Of a DNA stretch of 64,000 nt, positions 36,265 through 46,179 are shown one piece after another (position 1 is the stretch's first letter; the number at the start of each line of letters is the position of its first letter). The notes under the pieces are model-generated. The model was not told where the DNA came from. It saw only the letters and a program-made list of their open reading frames with translations, and searched no databases. A program made the position numbers and the translations under genes. The DNA is from Candidatus Profundicultor thermophilus (GTDB lineage: Bacteria; Atribacterota; Atribacteria; Atribacterales; Caldatribacteriaceae), in the NCBI GenBank assembly GCA_039638495.1, contig JBDIWN010000001.1, forward strand, positions 1,582 through 65,581, read 5' to 3'.

Positions 36265-37219
36265 GTGGGTTTATCTGACATGGCCAGTGCTCGCCTCTTT
36301 CTTAATGGGAGTTTTCCTTTTTCCCCTCTTCATTCGGTGGCAAAGATTGTGGGGATTGGGGCAAAAGATCAAAAAAGAAGGACCAAACCTTCATCTCCAT
36401 AAAGAAGATACCCCGACCATGGGTGGGGTGGTGATTGTTATTGCCATGTTGATCGGACTTTTGGTGGGTGGCCGTTTTGGTGAAAGAGCGCGAATTCTTT
36501 TTCTGCTTCTTCTTCCTTTCTTTTTCGTCGGTTTTTGGGATGATCTCTTTAAAAGTTTTTTAAAAAAACCCTGGGGAATCAAGGCTCGGCAGAAATTCCT
36601 TTTTCAGCTTTTGGGAGGGATGGTGATTCTTTTCTGGGGTGCACGGTTGTTCCCTCATCAGATAGTGTTTCCCTTTTCCCACAGGGTGGTGGAGCTTGGA
36701 CCAGTACCATTTTTTCTGTATGGCCTTTTGGTGATTGTTGCTTCCACCAATGCCTTCAACATTGTTGATGGGCTTGATGGCTTAGCTGGGGGCTGTGGGG
36801 TTTTGAGTTTTGTTTTTTTTGTATTTTTGTTGCTTCAAAGTGGTCAGGTGGAGCTTGCGGTTTTTCCTGGGGCTACAGTCGGGGCTTTGCTCTCTTTTCT
36901 ATGGTTTAATTTTTGGCCCGCTCGCATCTTTATGGGTGATTCTGGTTCCCTGCCACTTGGGGCCTTGATGGGGATTGTGTCTCTTATATCTGGACATTCA
37001 CTCTTTCTTTTGTTTGCGGGGGTTGTCTTTGTCATCGACACACTGTCGGTGGTTTTGCAGGTTGCCTCCTTTAGGTTTTTTAAAAGGCGTATTTTCCTTA
37101 TGAGTCCTCTGCATCATCACTTTGAGCTCAAGGGAATGAAAGAGAGTCAGATTACGGTTCGCTTCTGGATTGTGCAATTTTTAGGAGTCCTCTTGGCTTT
37201 TTGGGGAATGGGTGGATGA
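36257..37219 (+). CDS. mraY: Phospho-N-acetylmuramoyl-pentapeptide transferase
   Basis: Polytopic membrane protein with NAFNIVDGLDGLA, MGDSGSLPLGA and HHHFE motifs. Confidence 0.95.
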   Translation: MVEWVYLTWPVLASFLMGVFLFPLFIRWQRLWGLGQKIKKEGPNLHLHKEDTPTMGGVVIVIAMLIGLLVGGRFGERARILFLLLLPFFFVGFWDDLFKSFLKKPWGIKARQKFLFQLLGGMVILFWGARLFPHQIVFPFSHRVVELGPVPFFLYGLLVIVASTNAFNIVDGLDGLAGGCGVLSFVFFVFLLLQSGQVELAVFPGATVGALLSFLWFNFWPARIFMGDSGSLPLGALMGIVSLISGHSLFLLFAGVVFVIDTLSVVLQVASFRFFKRRIFLMSPLHHHFELKGMKESQITVRFWIVQFLGVLLAFWGMGG

Positions 37220-37223
37220 AGGG

Positions 37224-38564
37224 ATGTCTTTTCTGGTTTTAGGTTTGGGCAAAACTGGGTATGCTGTTGCTCGTTATCTCTTAAATCGTGGAGAGCGGGT
37301 CATTGCCACTGATGATCAGGTGTCCTGGGAATCGATTCCGGATGAGTTGAAAAATCATGCTCGCTTTCAATTTGTTCCATCATCGAAATTGGCCGGTTTT
37401 GAACTCTCTGCGGTAGAGGAGTGCATCGCCAGTCCTGGTTTTCCTCCTTGCCATCCTCTTTTTACGTTTCTTGTGGCTAAAGGGATACCGGTGGTAAGTG
37501 AGATTGAGTTTGCAGCTCGTTTCATTTCTTTTCCCCTTGTCGGTGTTACGGGATCCTGTGGGAAGAGCACCACCGTGGCGTTGATTGGACATATTCTTCG
37601 AGAAGCTCATTTTTCGGTTTTTGTCGGTGGAAACTTTGGAACTGCCCTTGTTGAGAGTCTGGAAGCAGAGGAGCGGTGGGACTGGGGAGTCGTGGAGTTG
37701 AGTAGCTTCCAGTTGGGGCGTACCACGAGGGCTCGTTTCCATGTTGCAGCGTTCCTAAACCTTTTCTCAAATCACTTAGATTATCACCAGACTCATGAAG
37801 AGTACTTTCGGGCGAAGCAAAAAATTTTTGAGAACCAGAGACGGGATGATGTGGCTGTGGTGAATTTCACTTCTCCATGGTGGTCAACCCGTCTGGTAAA
37901 AAACCTGAGAGCTCAGATTATTCCCGTAACTGTGTCTGGAAAGTTAAAAGAGGGGTTTTATGTGTGGGAGGATGCCATAAGAGAGGCTGGAGTGAATGAC
38001 CGGGAGATTCTCTGTTTGAGGCAACTTTCACTGCCAGGTCGACACAATTGGGAAAATCTCCTTGTGGCTGTGGCTGTATCGAAGGCGGTCGGGGTGCGTG
38101 AAGAGCTGATTGCTCGAGCGGTAGAGAGTTTTCGTGGTTTACCACACCGTTTGGAATGGATTGGTTGCGTGGACGGGGTTCATTATTTCAATGATTCAAA
38201 ATCCACCACTCCTGCGGCGACAAAGGTTGCTGTCGAAGCCGTGCGGGGTCCCGTGGTTCTCATTCTTGGTGGTAAAGCCAAGGTTGAAGATTTCTCAGAA
38301 CTCACTGGAGTTTTTACTTCTGGTAAAGTGAAAGAGGTCATCGTATATGGTGCATCGCGTTTTGTGGTGTCACGTTTTCTCCCGAAAAACCTTTTGCCGC
38401 ATCTTGTTTGCTCTCTTTCTGAGGCGGTGGAAGTGGCCAAAAAATTAGCACAAGAAGGAGATACCGTCCTTCTCTCTCCAGCCTGTACCAGCTGGGATCA
38501 ATATAAAAGTTTTGAAGAAAGAGGGGAGCATTTTCGAAGGCTTGTATATCAGGTGATTCCATGA
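37224..38564 (+). CDS. murD: UDP-N-acetylmuramoylalanine--D-glutamate ligase
   Basis: Rossmann-like GLGKTGYAVARYL and P-loop GVTGSCGKSTT. ATG 37224 preferred over GTG 37212. Confidence 0.9.
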   Translation: MSFLVLGLGKTGYAVARYLLNRGERVIATDDQVSWESIPDELKNHARFQFVPSSKLAGFELSAVEECIASPGFPPCHPLFTFLVAKGIPVVSEIEFAARFISFPLVGVTGSCGKSTTVALIGHILREAHFSVFVGGNFGTALVESLEAEERWDWGVVELSSFQLGRTTRARFHVAAFLNLFSNHLDYHQTHEEYFRAKQKIFENQRRDDVAVVNFTSPWWSTRLVKNLRAQIIPVTVSGKLKEGFYVWEDAIREAGVNDREILCLRQLSLPGRHNWENLLVAVAVSKAVGVREELIARAVESFRGLPHRLEWIGCVDGVHYFNDSKSTTPAATKVAVEAVRGPVVLILGGKAKVEDFSELTGVFTSGKVKEVIVYGASRFVVSRFLPKNLLPHLVCSLSEAVEVAKKLAQEGDTVLLSPACTSWDQYKSFEERGEHFRRLVYQVIP

Positions 38565-39727
38565 TTTGGCTTAAAGACGTTTCGGTTACCATGGCTCGAG
38601 CGGAAGGAAGGGCAAAATGGTGGTGGGAAATCGACTCGTGGCTTTTCTGGTCGGTGATGAGTTTACTTTTATTTGGGATTGTGATGGTCTTTAGTGCCAG
38701 TATGACCACGGGACTGTACGCGTATGGGGATGCTTTCTATTTCTTTCGGAAGCATCTTTTGGGAGTTGCTCTGGGGCTTATTACCGGTGTGATTACCAGT
38801 TTTTTCCCGCTTTCTTGGCTACGGGAACGGAGCAGGTTCCTGTTACTTGCTATACTTGTATTGCTGGTGCTGGTTTTCGTTCCTGGTGTAGGCCGGCAGG
38901 GAGCGGGGGTGAACCGGTGGATCAATCTGGGAGTTTTTAGTTTGCAACCTTCCGAGTTTGCCAAGTTGGTTATTGTGCTCTATATGGCGGATGCTTTGGC
39001 CACTCATCAGGATCGGGTTGAGGATTTTTGGCGAGGTGTCGTGCCGTTTTTCATTCTGGTGGGGATTGCCTGTCTTTTAGTTTTGATTGAACCAAACCTT
39101 GGTACGGCGCTGTTTCTTCTGTTGTTGACTTTTGTGATGCTCTTTCTGGGGGGAGGAAAGGTCCTGCATCTTTTTCTGGTTTGGATTATTCTCATGCCTA
39201 CGGGTCTTTTCCTGATTCTGGCGAGAGGAAAAGAGTACTGGAAAGATCGTTTTGTTGCTTTTCTGGATCCCTGGAAAGATCCTTTGGGGAAGGGCTTTCA
39301 TATTCTTCAATCGCTTATTGCTCTCGGTTCTGGGGGGCTCTGGGGACGAGGACTTGGCGAGAGTCGGCAGAAATTCTTCTTTTTGCCTGATCGACATACC
39401 GATTTTATCTATGCTATTGTAGGGGAAGAGTTTGGTCTTTTGGGCACTTTATCCCTGGTGGCTCTTTTGATCATAATTCTCTGGAGGGGCTGGAGAATTG
39501 CTCTGAGAGCAGAGGATGAATTTCGCTGTCTTGTCGCTATGGGGATTGTAGCCATGATTGTCCTGCAGGCCTTTGTCAACATGGGTGCGGTTTTACGCCT
39601 TTTCCCCATTACTGGCATTACCTTTCCCCTGGTGAGCTATGGGAATTCTTCGTTAATTGTTCTTCTAGCCAGTATTGGGATTTTATTTAATATTGCCCGA
39701 GGTCGGAGGGAGATAGAAAATCGATGA
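38561..39727 (+). CDS. ftsW: SEDS-family peptidoglycan glycosyltransferase FtsW
   Basis: ATGA overlap. About 10-TM protein with SEDS segments (QPSEFAKL, PDRHTDFIYA, TGITFPLVSYGNSS). Confidence 0.9.
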   Translation: MIWLKDVSVTMARAEGRAKWWWEIDSWLFWSVMSLLLFGIVMVFSASMTTGLYAYGDAFYFFRKHLLGVALGLITGVITSFFPLSWLRERSRFLLLAILVLLVLVFVPGVGRQGAGVNRWINLGVFSLQPSEFAKLVIVLYMADALATHQDRVEDFWRGVVPFFILVGIACLLVLIEPNLGTALFLLLLTFVMLFLGGGKVLHLFLVWIILMPTGLFLILARGKEYWKDRFVAFLDPWKDPLGKGFHILQSLIALGSGGLWGRGLGESRQKFFFLPDRHTDFIYAIVGEEFGLLGTLSLVALLIIILWRGWRIALRAEDEFRCLVAMGIVAMIVLQAFVNMGAVLRLFPITGITFPLVSYGNSSLIVLLASIGILFNIARGRREIENR

Positions 39728-40845
39728 AGCCATGTGTTTTCATAGCTGGAGGTGGCACCGGAGGTCATGTAATTCCTTCCTTGTGCATTGCTCTTGAGAT
39801 TCGTAAGCGAGTGGATTGGGATATCATCTTTCTGGGAACCAAAAGAGGCATGGAGAGAGAGCTTGTGCGCAGTAGTGATTTTCGAATGGTGTATCTTGTA
39901 GCTCGGGGTTGGAATCGACATTTTGATTGGAGATTTCTTCGCCTTTTGGTTGAAAATCTGGTAGGATTTTTACTGGGAGGATGGTATTTTTTGCGCTACC
40001 GACCCCGTGCTTTTTTGGCTATGGGAAGTTATCTCTCTCTGCTTGGGGGGATATGGGCGCGTTGGTTTCGCATTCCCATTTACGTTCACGAGCAAAATAT
40101 ATACCCCGGCCTTGCCAATCGGATTGTAGCCCGATGGGCGAAAATGGTTTTTGTTGCTGCGCAGGACGCGATTCCGTATTTTGAAGGATGCAAAACCGTA
40201 AAGGTGGTGGGGAACCCCTTACGGGAGGAAGTGATGGAGTGGAGGGGTAAAAAAGAGGAGGCGCGCAAAAGATTGATGTTAGAGCCAGGACGTCGTACGA
40301 TTCTGGTTATGGGTGGAAGTCGAGGTTCAGAAGTCATCAATGAGAATTTTTTGCAAGCTCTGGATTTTCTGGATGAAAGCGCGATTCAGGTGGTTCATAT
40401 AACTGGGAAAGAGGATTTCTTCCGGGTAGAAGAAAGAGCCAGGCGTTTTTCTTTCCCTTATCGGGTTTATCCCTTTCTTTCCTGTCCGGGGATGGTATAT
40501 GCGGTTTCAGATTTAGCCATCTGTAGAGCGGGAGCAAACACCGTTTTTGAACTTTTTTTCTTTGGTGTACCCAGCATTCTGGTACCGTATGCCGAGGCTA
40601 CAGAATCTCATCAAGTTTATAATGCCTTGTGGTTACAGAGGCACCAACCGGTGGAAATTATTGAAGAGCATGTGTTATGTCCAGATCTTCTGGGTGAAAA
40701 AATTCGCACCATGTTTCTTACTGCGCATCGCTATTCTGAGGACACTCAATATTTGAAACGTGCAGCATCGATCATTGCTGAGGAGATCGTGGGAGACGCT
40801 CAGCGAGAGAGGAGAAAGAAGATTGGTCGAACAGGTACGTGTTGA
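39724..40845 (+). CDS. murG: UDP-N-acetylglucosamine--N-acetylmuramyl-(pentapeptide) pyrophosphoryl-undecaprenol N-acetylglucosamine transferase
   Basis: ATGA overlap. G-loop AGGGTGGHVIPSL and a GT28 C-terminal region (GGSRGSEVIN, CRAGANT). Confidence 0.9.
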   Translation: MKPCVFIAGGGTGGHVIPSLCIALEIRKRVDWDIIFLGTKRGMERELVRSSDFRMVYLVARGWNRHFDWRFLRLLVENLVGFLLGGWYFLRYRPRAFLAMGSYLSLLGGIWARWFRIPIYVHEQNIYPGLANRIVARWAKMVFVAAQDAIPYFEGCKTVKVVGNPLREEVMEWRGKKEEARKRLMLEPGRRTILVMGGSRGSEVINENFLQALDFLDESAIQVVHITGKEDFFRVEERARRFSFPYRVYPFLSCPGMVYAVSDLAICRAGANTVFELFFFGVPSILVPYAEATESHQVYNALWLQRHQPVEIIEEHVLCPDLLGEKIRTMFLTAHRYSEDTQYLKRAASIIAEEIVGDAQRERRKKIGRTGTC

Positions 40846-40846
40846 T

Positions 40847-42226
40847 TTGGAACGATTACCACTTCGTCTTCATTTTATCGGTATCGGTGGTACCGGAATG
40901 AGTGGTCTGGCTTTATTGGCGCAAGAAGCCGGGTACTGGGTGAGTGGTTCGGATCTTGTGGAAAACGAAGCCATTGCCCGTTTGCGAGCAAAAGGAGTGA
41001 CGGTTTTCGTGGGGCACAGCCGCGATCGGGTGCGACAAGCAGAAGCTGTGGTTGTTTCTTCTGCAATTCCGGAGAACAACGAAGAGTTGGAGGAAGCAAG
41101 AAAATTAAATCTTTTAGTGATTCCGCGAGGTGAGATGTTAGCCTTCCTTCTTAACCGCAAAAAAGGAATTGCTGTGGCTGGCACCCATGGTAAAACGACC
41201 ACGACTTCTATGATTTCCTTGCTCCTGGAAACCGCCGGTTTAGAACCAACGGTTTTAATCGGGGGAGAACTGGAAGATATTGGTGGTAATGCCAAAGGAG
41301 GGAAAGGGGAACTCTTTGTGGCTGAGGCTGACGAAAGTGATGGCTCTTTCTTGAGGCTTTCCCCTTTCTGTGCCGTGGTTACGAACATTGAGGATGATCA
41401 TATAGAGTTTTACGGAGATATCGAAAAGGAAAAAAAAGCCTTCGTTATGTTTTTGGAAGGAATTAAAACTGGTGGTTTTGGGGTGGTCTGTGGTGATCAT
41501 CCAAATGTGGTGGATATTCTGAGTAAAAAGCGCCTTTCAAATATTTTGACCTATGGTATAGAGAATCAACGGGTCGATTTTCGCGGAAGGGTTGTAGTTG
41601 AAAAAAGAGATGGGTTTGTCTTTGAGGCTTTTCGGAAGGACACCAAAATCGGTGATTTCCACTTAAATCTTCCTGGTATCCATAATGTGGAAAATGCGCT
41701 GGCCTGTATCGCGGTTGGGGTCGAGCTGGGCGTTCAGACTTGTCACATTCAAGAGGCTTTAGTTTCGTTTCGAGGAGTAAAAAGGCGGTTTGAAAAGATT
41801 GGCACTTTCCGGGGGGCTTTGGTGGTTGATGATTATGCGCACCATCCCACAGAGATGAAGGTAGTTTTGAACGCGGCGTTGAATTTTACCACAGGAAGGG
41901 TTGTTGTGGTTTTTCAGCCTCATCGGTATACAAGGACAAAAAGGCTTTATCGGGAGATGGCCGAGGCACTCAAAAAGGCGCACCAGGTTATTCTTCTCCC
42001 CATTTATTCTGCCAATGAAGAACCCCTTGCCGGGATTTCGGCGGAACTGGTATATAGAGAGATGGTCGCGCAGGGATTTCGTGGAATCAGATTGGTGGAA
42101 AATTTTGAGGAAGCGGCGATGGAATGCCGGAACGCTTCGCGGGCAGGAGATATCATCATTACCATGGGTGCAGGTGATGTATGGAAAGTTGGAGCAATGC
42201 TCTGTGGGAAAAATGGGAAAGAGTAG
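40847..42226 (+). CDS. murC: UDP-N-acetylmuramate--L-alanine ligase
   Basis: HFIGIGGTGMSGLA and P-loop GTHGKTTTTSM. The start is uncertain: TTG 40847 directly after the murG stop is chosen, but the ORF is open back to 40760. Confidence 0.85.
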   Translation: MERLPLRLHFIGIGGTGMSGLALLAQEAGYWVSGSDLVENEAIARLRAKGVTVFVGHSRDRVRQAEAVVVSSAIPENNEELEEARKLNLLVIPRGEMLAFLLNRKKGIAVAGTHGKTTTTSMISLLLETAGLEPTVLIGGELEDIGGNAKGGKGELFVAEADESDGSFLRLSPFCAVVTNIEDDHIEFYGDIEKEKKAFVMFLEGIKTGGFGVVCGDHPNVVDILSKKRLSNILTYGIENQRVDFRGRVVVEKRDGFVFEAFRKDTKIGDFHLNLPGIHNVENALACIAVGVELGVQTCHIQEALVSFRGVKRRFEKIGTFRGALVVDDYAHHPTEMKVVLNAALNFTTGRVVVVFQPHRYTRTKRLYREMAEALKKAHQVILLPIYSANEEPLAGISAELVYREMVAQGFRGIRLVENFEEAAMECRNASRAGDIIITMGAGDVWKVGAMLCGKNGKE

Positions 42227-43116
42227 AGGAAAAATTTCGCCGGGTACGAGGTTTGAGCATCAGATTGTGTCCAGAAATGAAGTGTTTTACGACCTTCAGA
42301 ATTGGGGGGCAGGCTTTAGCCCTCCTCGATGTACAAAACGATGAACACCTCGAGGCAGTCATTGCTCTGTGTGAAGAGAATCAAATCCCCTGGCGTATTC
42401 TGGGCCGGGGTTCGAATATTTTGGTGAGTGATTTGGGTTTTGGGGGAGTGGTTCTGCGTTTGCGAGGAGATTTCACCGATTTAAGACAACTTGATGAATC
42501 GAGGGTGGAGATTGGAGCTGGTGTGCTATTAAAAAGGATGGTTGAGTTCTGTATTCAGCATGAGTTGGGAGGATGTGAGTTTTTATTTGGAGTACCTGGA
42601 ACGGTGGGAGGAGCAGTGCTCCTCAACGCTGGATGTTTTGGAGGAGAGATCGGGAATCTGGTGGAGAAAATTTTGTGGAGAAACGAAAAAGGTCAGAGAG
42701 AATGGAAAAGCCGGAACGAACTTTCTTTTTCCTATCGGTATTCCAATCTGAAGCAAAAGAATACGGTAATTCTCAGAGTGATTCTGAAACTTTTTCCTCA
42801 GACCAAAGATCGATCCTGGAAAATGATTGGAACATTTTCGTCACTGCGGAAAAATGCCCAACCCCTGGAATGGCCATCAGCTGGGAGCGTTTTTCGTAAC
42901 CCCCCAGGGGATTATGCGGCTCGCCTCATAGAGGAAATGGGTTTTAAGGGTTTGCGGTTAGGTCAAGCCCAGGTTTCTCCCAAGCATGCCAATTTTATTG
43001 TGAATTTAGGAGGAGCGACGGCGTTGCAGGTTGAAAGTCTTATGGAGTGGATTCGGAGAGAAGTGTATCGAGGAAAGGGTATTGTGCTCGAGAACGAAGT
43101 GGAAGTGTGGAGATGA
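42181..43116 (+). CDS. murB: UDP-N-acetylenolpyruvoylglucosamine reductase
   Basis: FAD-binding PCMH-type region (TFRIGGQA, LGRGSNILVSD, GVPGTVGGAV) and catalytic-region SAGSVFRNP. The start is uncertain (ATG 42181 overlaps murC by 46 nt). Confidence 0.85.
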   Translation: MESWSNALWEKWERVEEKFRRVRGLSIRLCPEMKCFTTFRIGGQALALLDVQNDEHLEAVIALCEENQIPWRILGRGSNILVSDLGFGGVVLRLRGDFTDLRQLDESRVEIGAGVLLKRMVEFCIQHELGGCEFLFGVPGTVGGAVLLNAGCFGGEIGNLVEKILWRNEKGQREWKSRNELSFSYRYSNLKQKNTVILRVILKLFPQTKDRSWKMIGTFSSLRKNAQPLEWPSAGSVFRNPPGDYAARLIEEMGFKGLRLGQAQVSPKHANFIVNLGGATALQVESLMEWIRREVYRGKGIVLENEVEVWR

Positions 43117-43117
43117 T

Positions 43118-43834
43118 TTGGAAGAAAACGAAGCTTTTCCAGGAAATCTTTTTTTTTACCTTTTTCTGGGTTTTGTTTCCTTTGGAATTTTTGCCATGGT
43201 TTTCCGAAGTGCCATGTTTGAAGTAACCACTCTGGAAATCGATGCAAACCGTGATCTTTTAGGGCAACGTTTGATGGACCGCCTCGAAGAACTCAAAGGC
43301 AAAAACATTTTTGGGATTCGTTCCTGGGAACTTGAAAAGGTGCTGCAGAGACTTCCCGGAATAAAACGGGCCCGAGTAGAAAAGGTTTTCCCCCGTACTC
43401 TACGAATTACCATTGAAGAGCGAAAGCCTGAGGTTGCCCTGGAGGGAAAGACAGGATTGGTTTGTTTTGACGGAGAGGGGGTAGAAGTGCCATGTAGGAT
43501 TGATTCATCGTCACCGCTGGTCATGATTAAAAAGTTGGAACGGTACACCTCAGAATATGAGGGTTTGCTTAGAGAAGTTCTCGTTTTGGTGACCACCTGG
43601 AAGAATAGTTTTGATTATCCTCTGGAAGCAATTGAGGTTGTTGGAGAACGATTGTTTATTCTTCGGCTTCGAAATGGTATAGTTATAAAATGTGAAGGAG
43701 CGTCGAATGTAAAAAGCAAAGCGAGGTTGTTGAGACCGTATTTACGAGAAGTGAGTATTCGTTCTATCAGGGTTTTCGGATTTGATCTGCGAGCTGGCGA
43801 GGGTATTGTCATTATGACCGAAGAAAGCCAATAG
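43118..43834 (+). CDS. ftsQ: Cell division protein FtsQ/DivIB-like (start ambiguous, see findings)
   Basis: Single TM (LFFYLFLGFVSFGIFAMVF) followed by a POTRA-like region (FEVTTLEIDANRDL...), between murB and ftsA. TTG 43118 is the first start in frame after the murB stop. Confidence 0.7.
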   Translation: MEENEAFPGNLFFYLFLGFVSFGIFAMVFRSAMFEVTTLEIDANRDLLGQRLMDRLEELKGKNIFGIRSWELEKVLQRLPGIKRARVEKVFPRTLRITIEERKPEVALEGKTGLVCFDGEGVEVPCRIDSSSPLVMIKKLERYTSEYEGLLREVLVLVTTWKNSFDYPLEAIEVVGERLFILRLRNGIVIKCEGASNVKSKARLLRPYLREVSIRSIRVFGFDLRAGEGIVIMTEESQ

Positions 43835-43848
43835 AGAGTGTGGCGTTT

Positions 43849-45099
43849 ATGAGAGGTACGGGGTCGTTGCTGGTTGGAGCAATTGATGTCGGAACAAGTA
43901 AGGTATGTACTTTGATAGGCCGCAAGAAGGGTTCGACGATCGAAATTCTGGGGTTGGGTTTAAGCAGTTCCCGGGGCATCAAAAAGGGAAAAATTGTCGA
44001 TATCAGCCGGGTTTCTGAAGCAGTACGTGAGTCCTTTGCTCTGGCAGTAGACATCGCCAAGGTGGTTCCTGAAAATATCTATGTGGGTATTTCTGGAGAT
44101 TATATCACCTCGGTAAACCTGGAACACGAAATTTTTCTTGGGAAGAGTGGAAGAGAAATTACCAGCAAAGACGTGGCCAGGGCGGTGGAGGGTTCGCGTT
44201 CCAAGATTGATTTAACTGCCCGGAAGGTGATTCATATTTTCCCTCAAGAGTACCTCTTGGATGATGGAACGAACGTCGTGGACCCAGTAGGTATGGTGGC
44301 GTCAAAACTTAAAGTTTCGGTGCATCTGGTACTTGCTCAAGAGAACCAATTTCAAAGTTTTGTTAAAGTTTTTCGTCAGGCAGGTTTGGAAATTACTCAA
44401 ACGATTTTTCAACCCCTTGCTTCATCGCTGGCGGTGCTCACTCCCATGGAAAAGGAAATAGGTACGGCCTTGGTCGACATTGGTGGTGGCACCACCGATC
44501 TCACCCTCTTCTACGGAGGGAGTGTTCGGTATTCCAGAGTTATTCCTGTAGGTGGGGAACACTTAACGTCTGATTTAAGTATCGGTATGCGAACGTATCG
44601 TGACGAAGCTGAGAGGGTAAAGCTCAGTTACGGAAGTGCGTTTAGTGGTCATATTCAGGATGACGAGTTGATCGAAGTGCGGGATCTGGGTTCTTCTTCG
44701 CTCAAGACCATTGAAAGGAAGTATGTTTGCAAAATTATCGAGGCCAGAGTTCGGGAAATCTTTTTCCTTTTAGGAAAAGAAATGAAGTCTTCGGGGTTTT
44801 TCTCCTTTCTGCGAGGAGGTATGGTGATCACGGGTGGCTCGGCACTTTTAGAAAACATTGCCGATTTTGCTTCTTCCTTCCTCAAACTTCCAGCGAGAAT
44901 TGGTTACCCGGATAGCAAGAACTATGTGGGTATGGTACAGAGTATAGCGAACCCTATTTTTTCTACTGCTTGTGGTCTTTTGCAGTTTGCTTTTAATGAA
45001 AAATCGGAGCGGAACGATATGGTAACTCTTTTCCTTAACTTAGAGGAAAAAGGGTCCAGGGTTATCAGTTGGTTAAAGGATTTTTTCATGATGGGTTGA
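43849..45099 (+). CDS. ftsA: Cell division protein FtsA
   Basis: Actin-like ATPase motifs GAIDVGTSKV and DIGGGTTD, with a C-terminal amphipathic tail. The start is ATG 43849 or GTG 43840. Confidence 0.9.
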   Translation: MRGTGSLLVGAIDVGTSKVCTLIGRKKGSTIEILGLGLSSSRGIKKGKIVDISRVSEAVRESFALAVDIAKVVPENIYVGISGDYITSVNLEHEIFLGKSGREITSKDVARAVEGSRSKIDLTARKVIHIFPQEYLLDDGTNVVDPVGMVASKLKVSVHLVLAQENQFQSFVKVFRQAGLEITQTIFQPLASSLAVLTPMEKEIGTALVDIGGGTTDLTLFYGGSVRYSRVIPVGGEHLTSDLSIGMRTYRDEAERVKLSYGSAFSGHIQDDELIEVRDLGSSSLKTIERKYVCKIIEARVREIFFLLGKEMKSSGFFSFLRGGMVITGGSALLENIADFASSFLKLPARIGYPDSKNYVGMVQSIANPIFSTACGLLQFAFNEKSERNDMVTLFLNLEEKGSRVISWLKDFFMMG

Positions 45100-45117
45100 A
45101 CACTGGAGGTATGGAAA

Positions 45118-46164
45118 ATGTCGTTTCAGAGTAAAGGTGTCAATAATGGTGTGGTCAATATCAAAGTGATTGGGGTTGGTGGTGGAGGGGGAAACGCCGT
45201 CAATCGAATGATTAAAGCGGGACTGAAAGGGGTGACTTTTGTAGCAATCAACACCGATACCCAGGTGTTGAAGAAGTCTCTAGCTGAGGTGAAACTTCAG
45301 ATTGGAACGAAATTAACTCGAGGTTTGGGTGCGGGAGCGAACCCTGAGATTGGTCGAAGGGCTGCAGAGGAAGACAAGGATAAACTTTTTAAGCTGCTCG
45401 AAGGTGTGGATATGACGTTTATTACTGCTGGTATGGGTGGCGGTACGGGTACCGGTGGTGCACCCGTGGTGGCTTCGGTGGCAAAAGAATTAGGAGTACT
45501 GACCATTGGAGTCGTGACCAAACCCTTCTCTTTTGAGGGTAAAAAAAGAATGCGTCAGGCTGAAGAGGGTATTGTGCTCCTACAAAAAAGTGTTGATGCG
45601 TTAATCGTCATTCCCAATGACCGCTTGCTCAAGATTATTGATGCTTCCACTTCTGTGGTTGAAGCCTTTCAGATGGTTGACGATGTTCTTTTACAAGGTA
45701 TACGAAGTATTTCCGATTTGATTAACGTTCCAGGGATCATTAACCTGGACTTTGCCGATGTCAAAGCGATTATGGAAAATGCTGGTACTTCCCTTATGGG
45801 TATTGGGAGAGCGAGTGGAGAGGGAAGAGCGAAGGAAGCTGCGCAAATGGCTGTTCGTAGTCCGCTCCTTGAGACTCCTTTTGAAGGAGCGAAGGGGATT
45901 CTTTTTAATATCACTGGAGGACCGAATCTCGGACTCTGGGAAGTGAACCGGGTTGCAGAGATCATCAGTCAAACCGCTTCTCAGGAGGCCAACATCATCT
46001 TTGGAGCTGTGATTGATGAAAAAATGAAAGAGGAGATTGAAGTAACGGTCATCGCTACCGGGTTTAATGAGGAAAAACCTGTGGATGATGGACTCAAAAC
46101 AGAGCAATTTTCTGACTCTTTTTCCCCTGGCGATCTGGATTTCCCGACCTTTCTGCGGAAATGA
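45118..46164 (+). CDS. ftsZ: Cell division protein FtsZ
   Basis: Tubulin signature [15 protein letters not shown], and the C-terminal conserved peptide [10 protein letters not shown]. Confidence 0.95.
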   Translation: MSFQSKGVNNGVVNIKVIGVGGGGGNAVNRMIKAGLKGVTFVAINTDTQVLKKSLAEVKLQIGTKLTRGLGAGANPEIGRRAAEEDKDKLFKLLEGVDMTFITAGMGGGTGTGGAPVVASVAKELGVLTIGVVTKPFSFEGKKRMRQAEEGIVLLQKSVDALIVIPNDRLLKIIDASTSVVEAFQMVDDVLLQGIRSISDLINVPGIINLDFADVKAIMENAGTSLMGIGRASGEGRAKEAAQMAVRSPLLETPFEGAKGILFNITGGPNLGLWEVNRVAEIISQTASQEANIIFGAVIDEKMKEEIEVTVIATGFNEEKPVDDGLKTEQFSDSFSPGDLDFPTFLRK

Positions 46165-46179
46165 ATGTTTTTTTTCTGA

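Noticed and set aside
46165-46179. T8 run right after the ftsZ stop as a terminator
   Set aside because: There is no preceding hairpin, and the next gene starts 15 nt after the stop, so read-through is expected.
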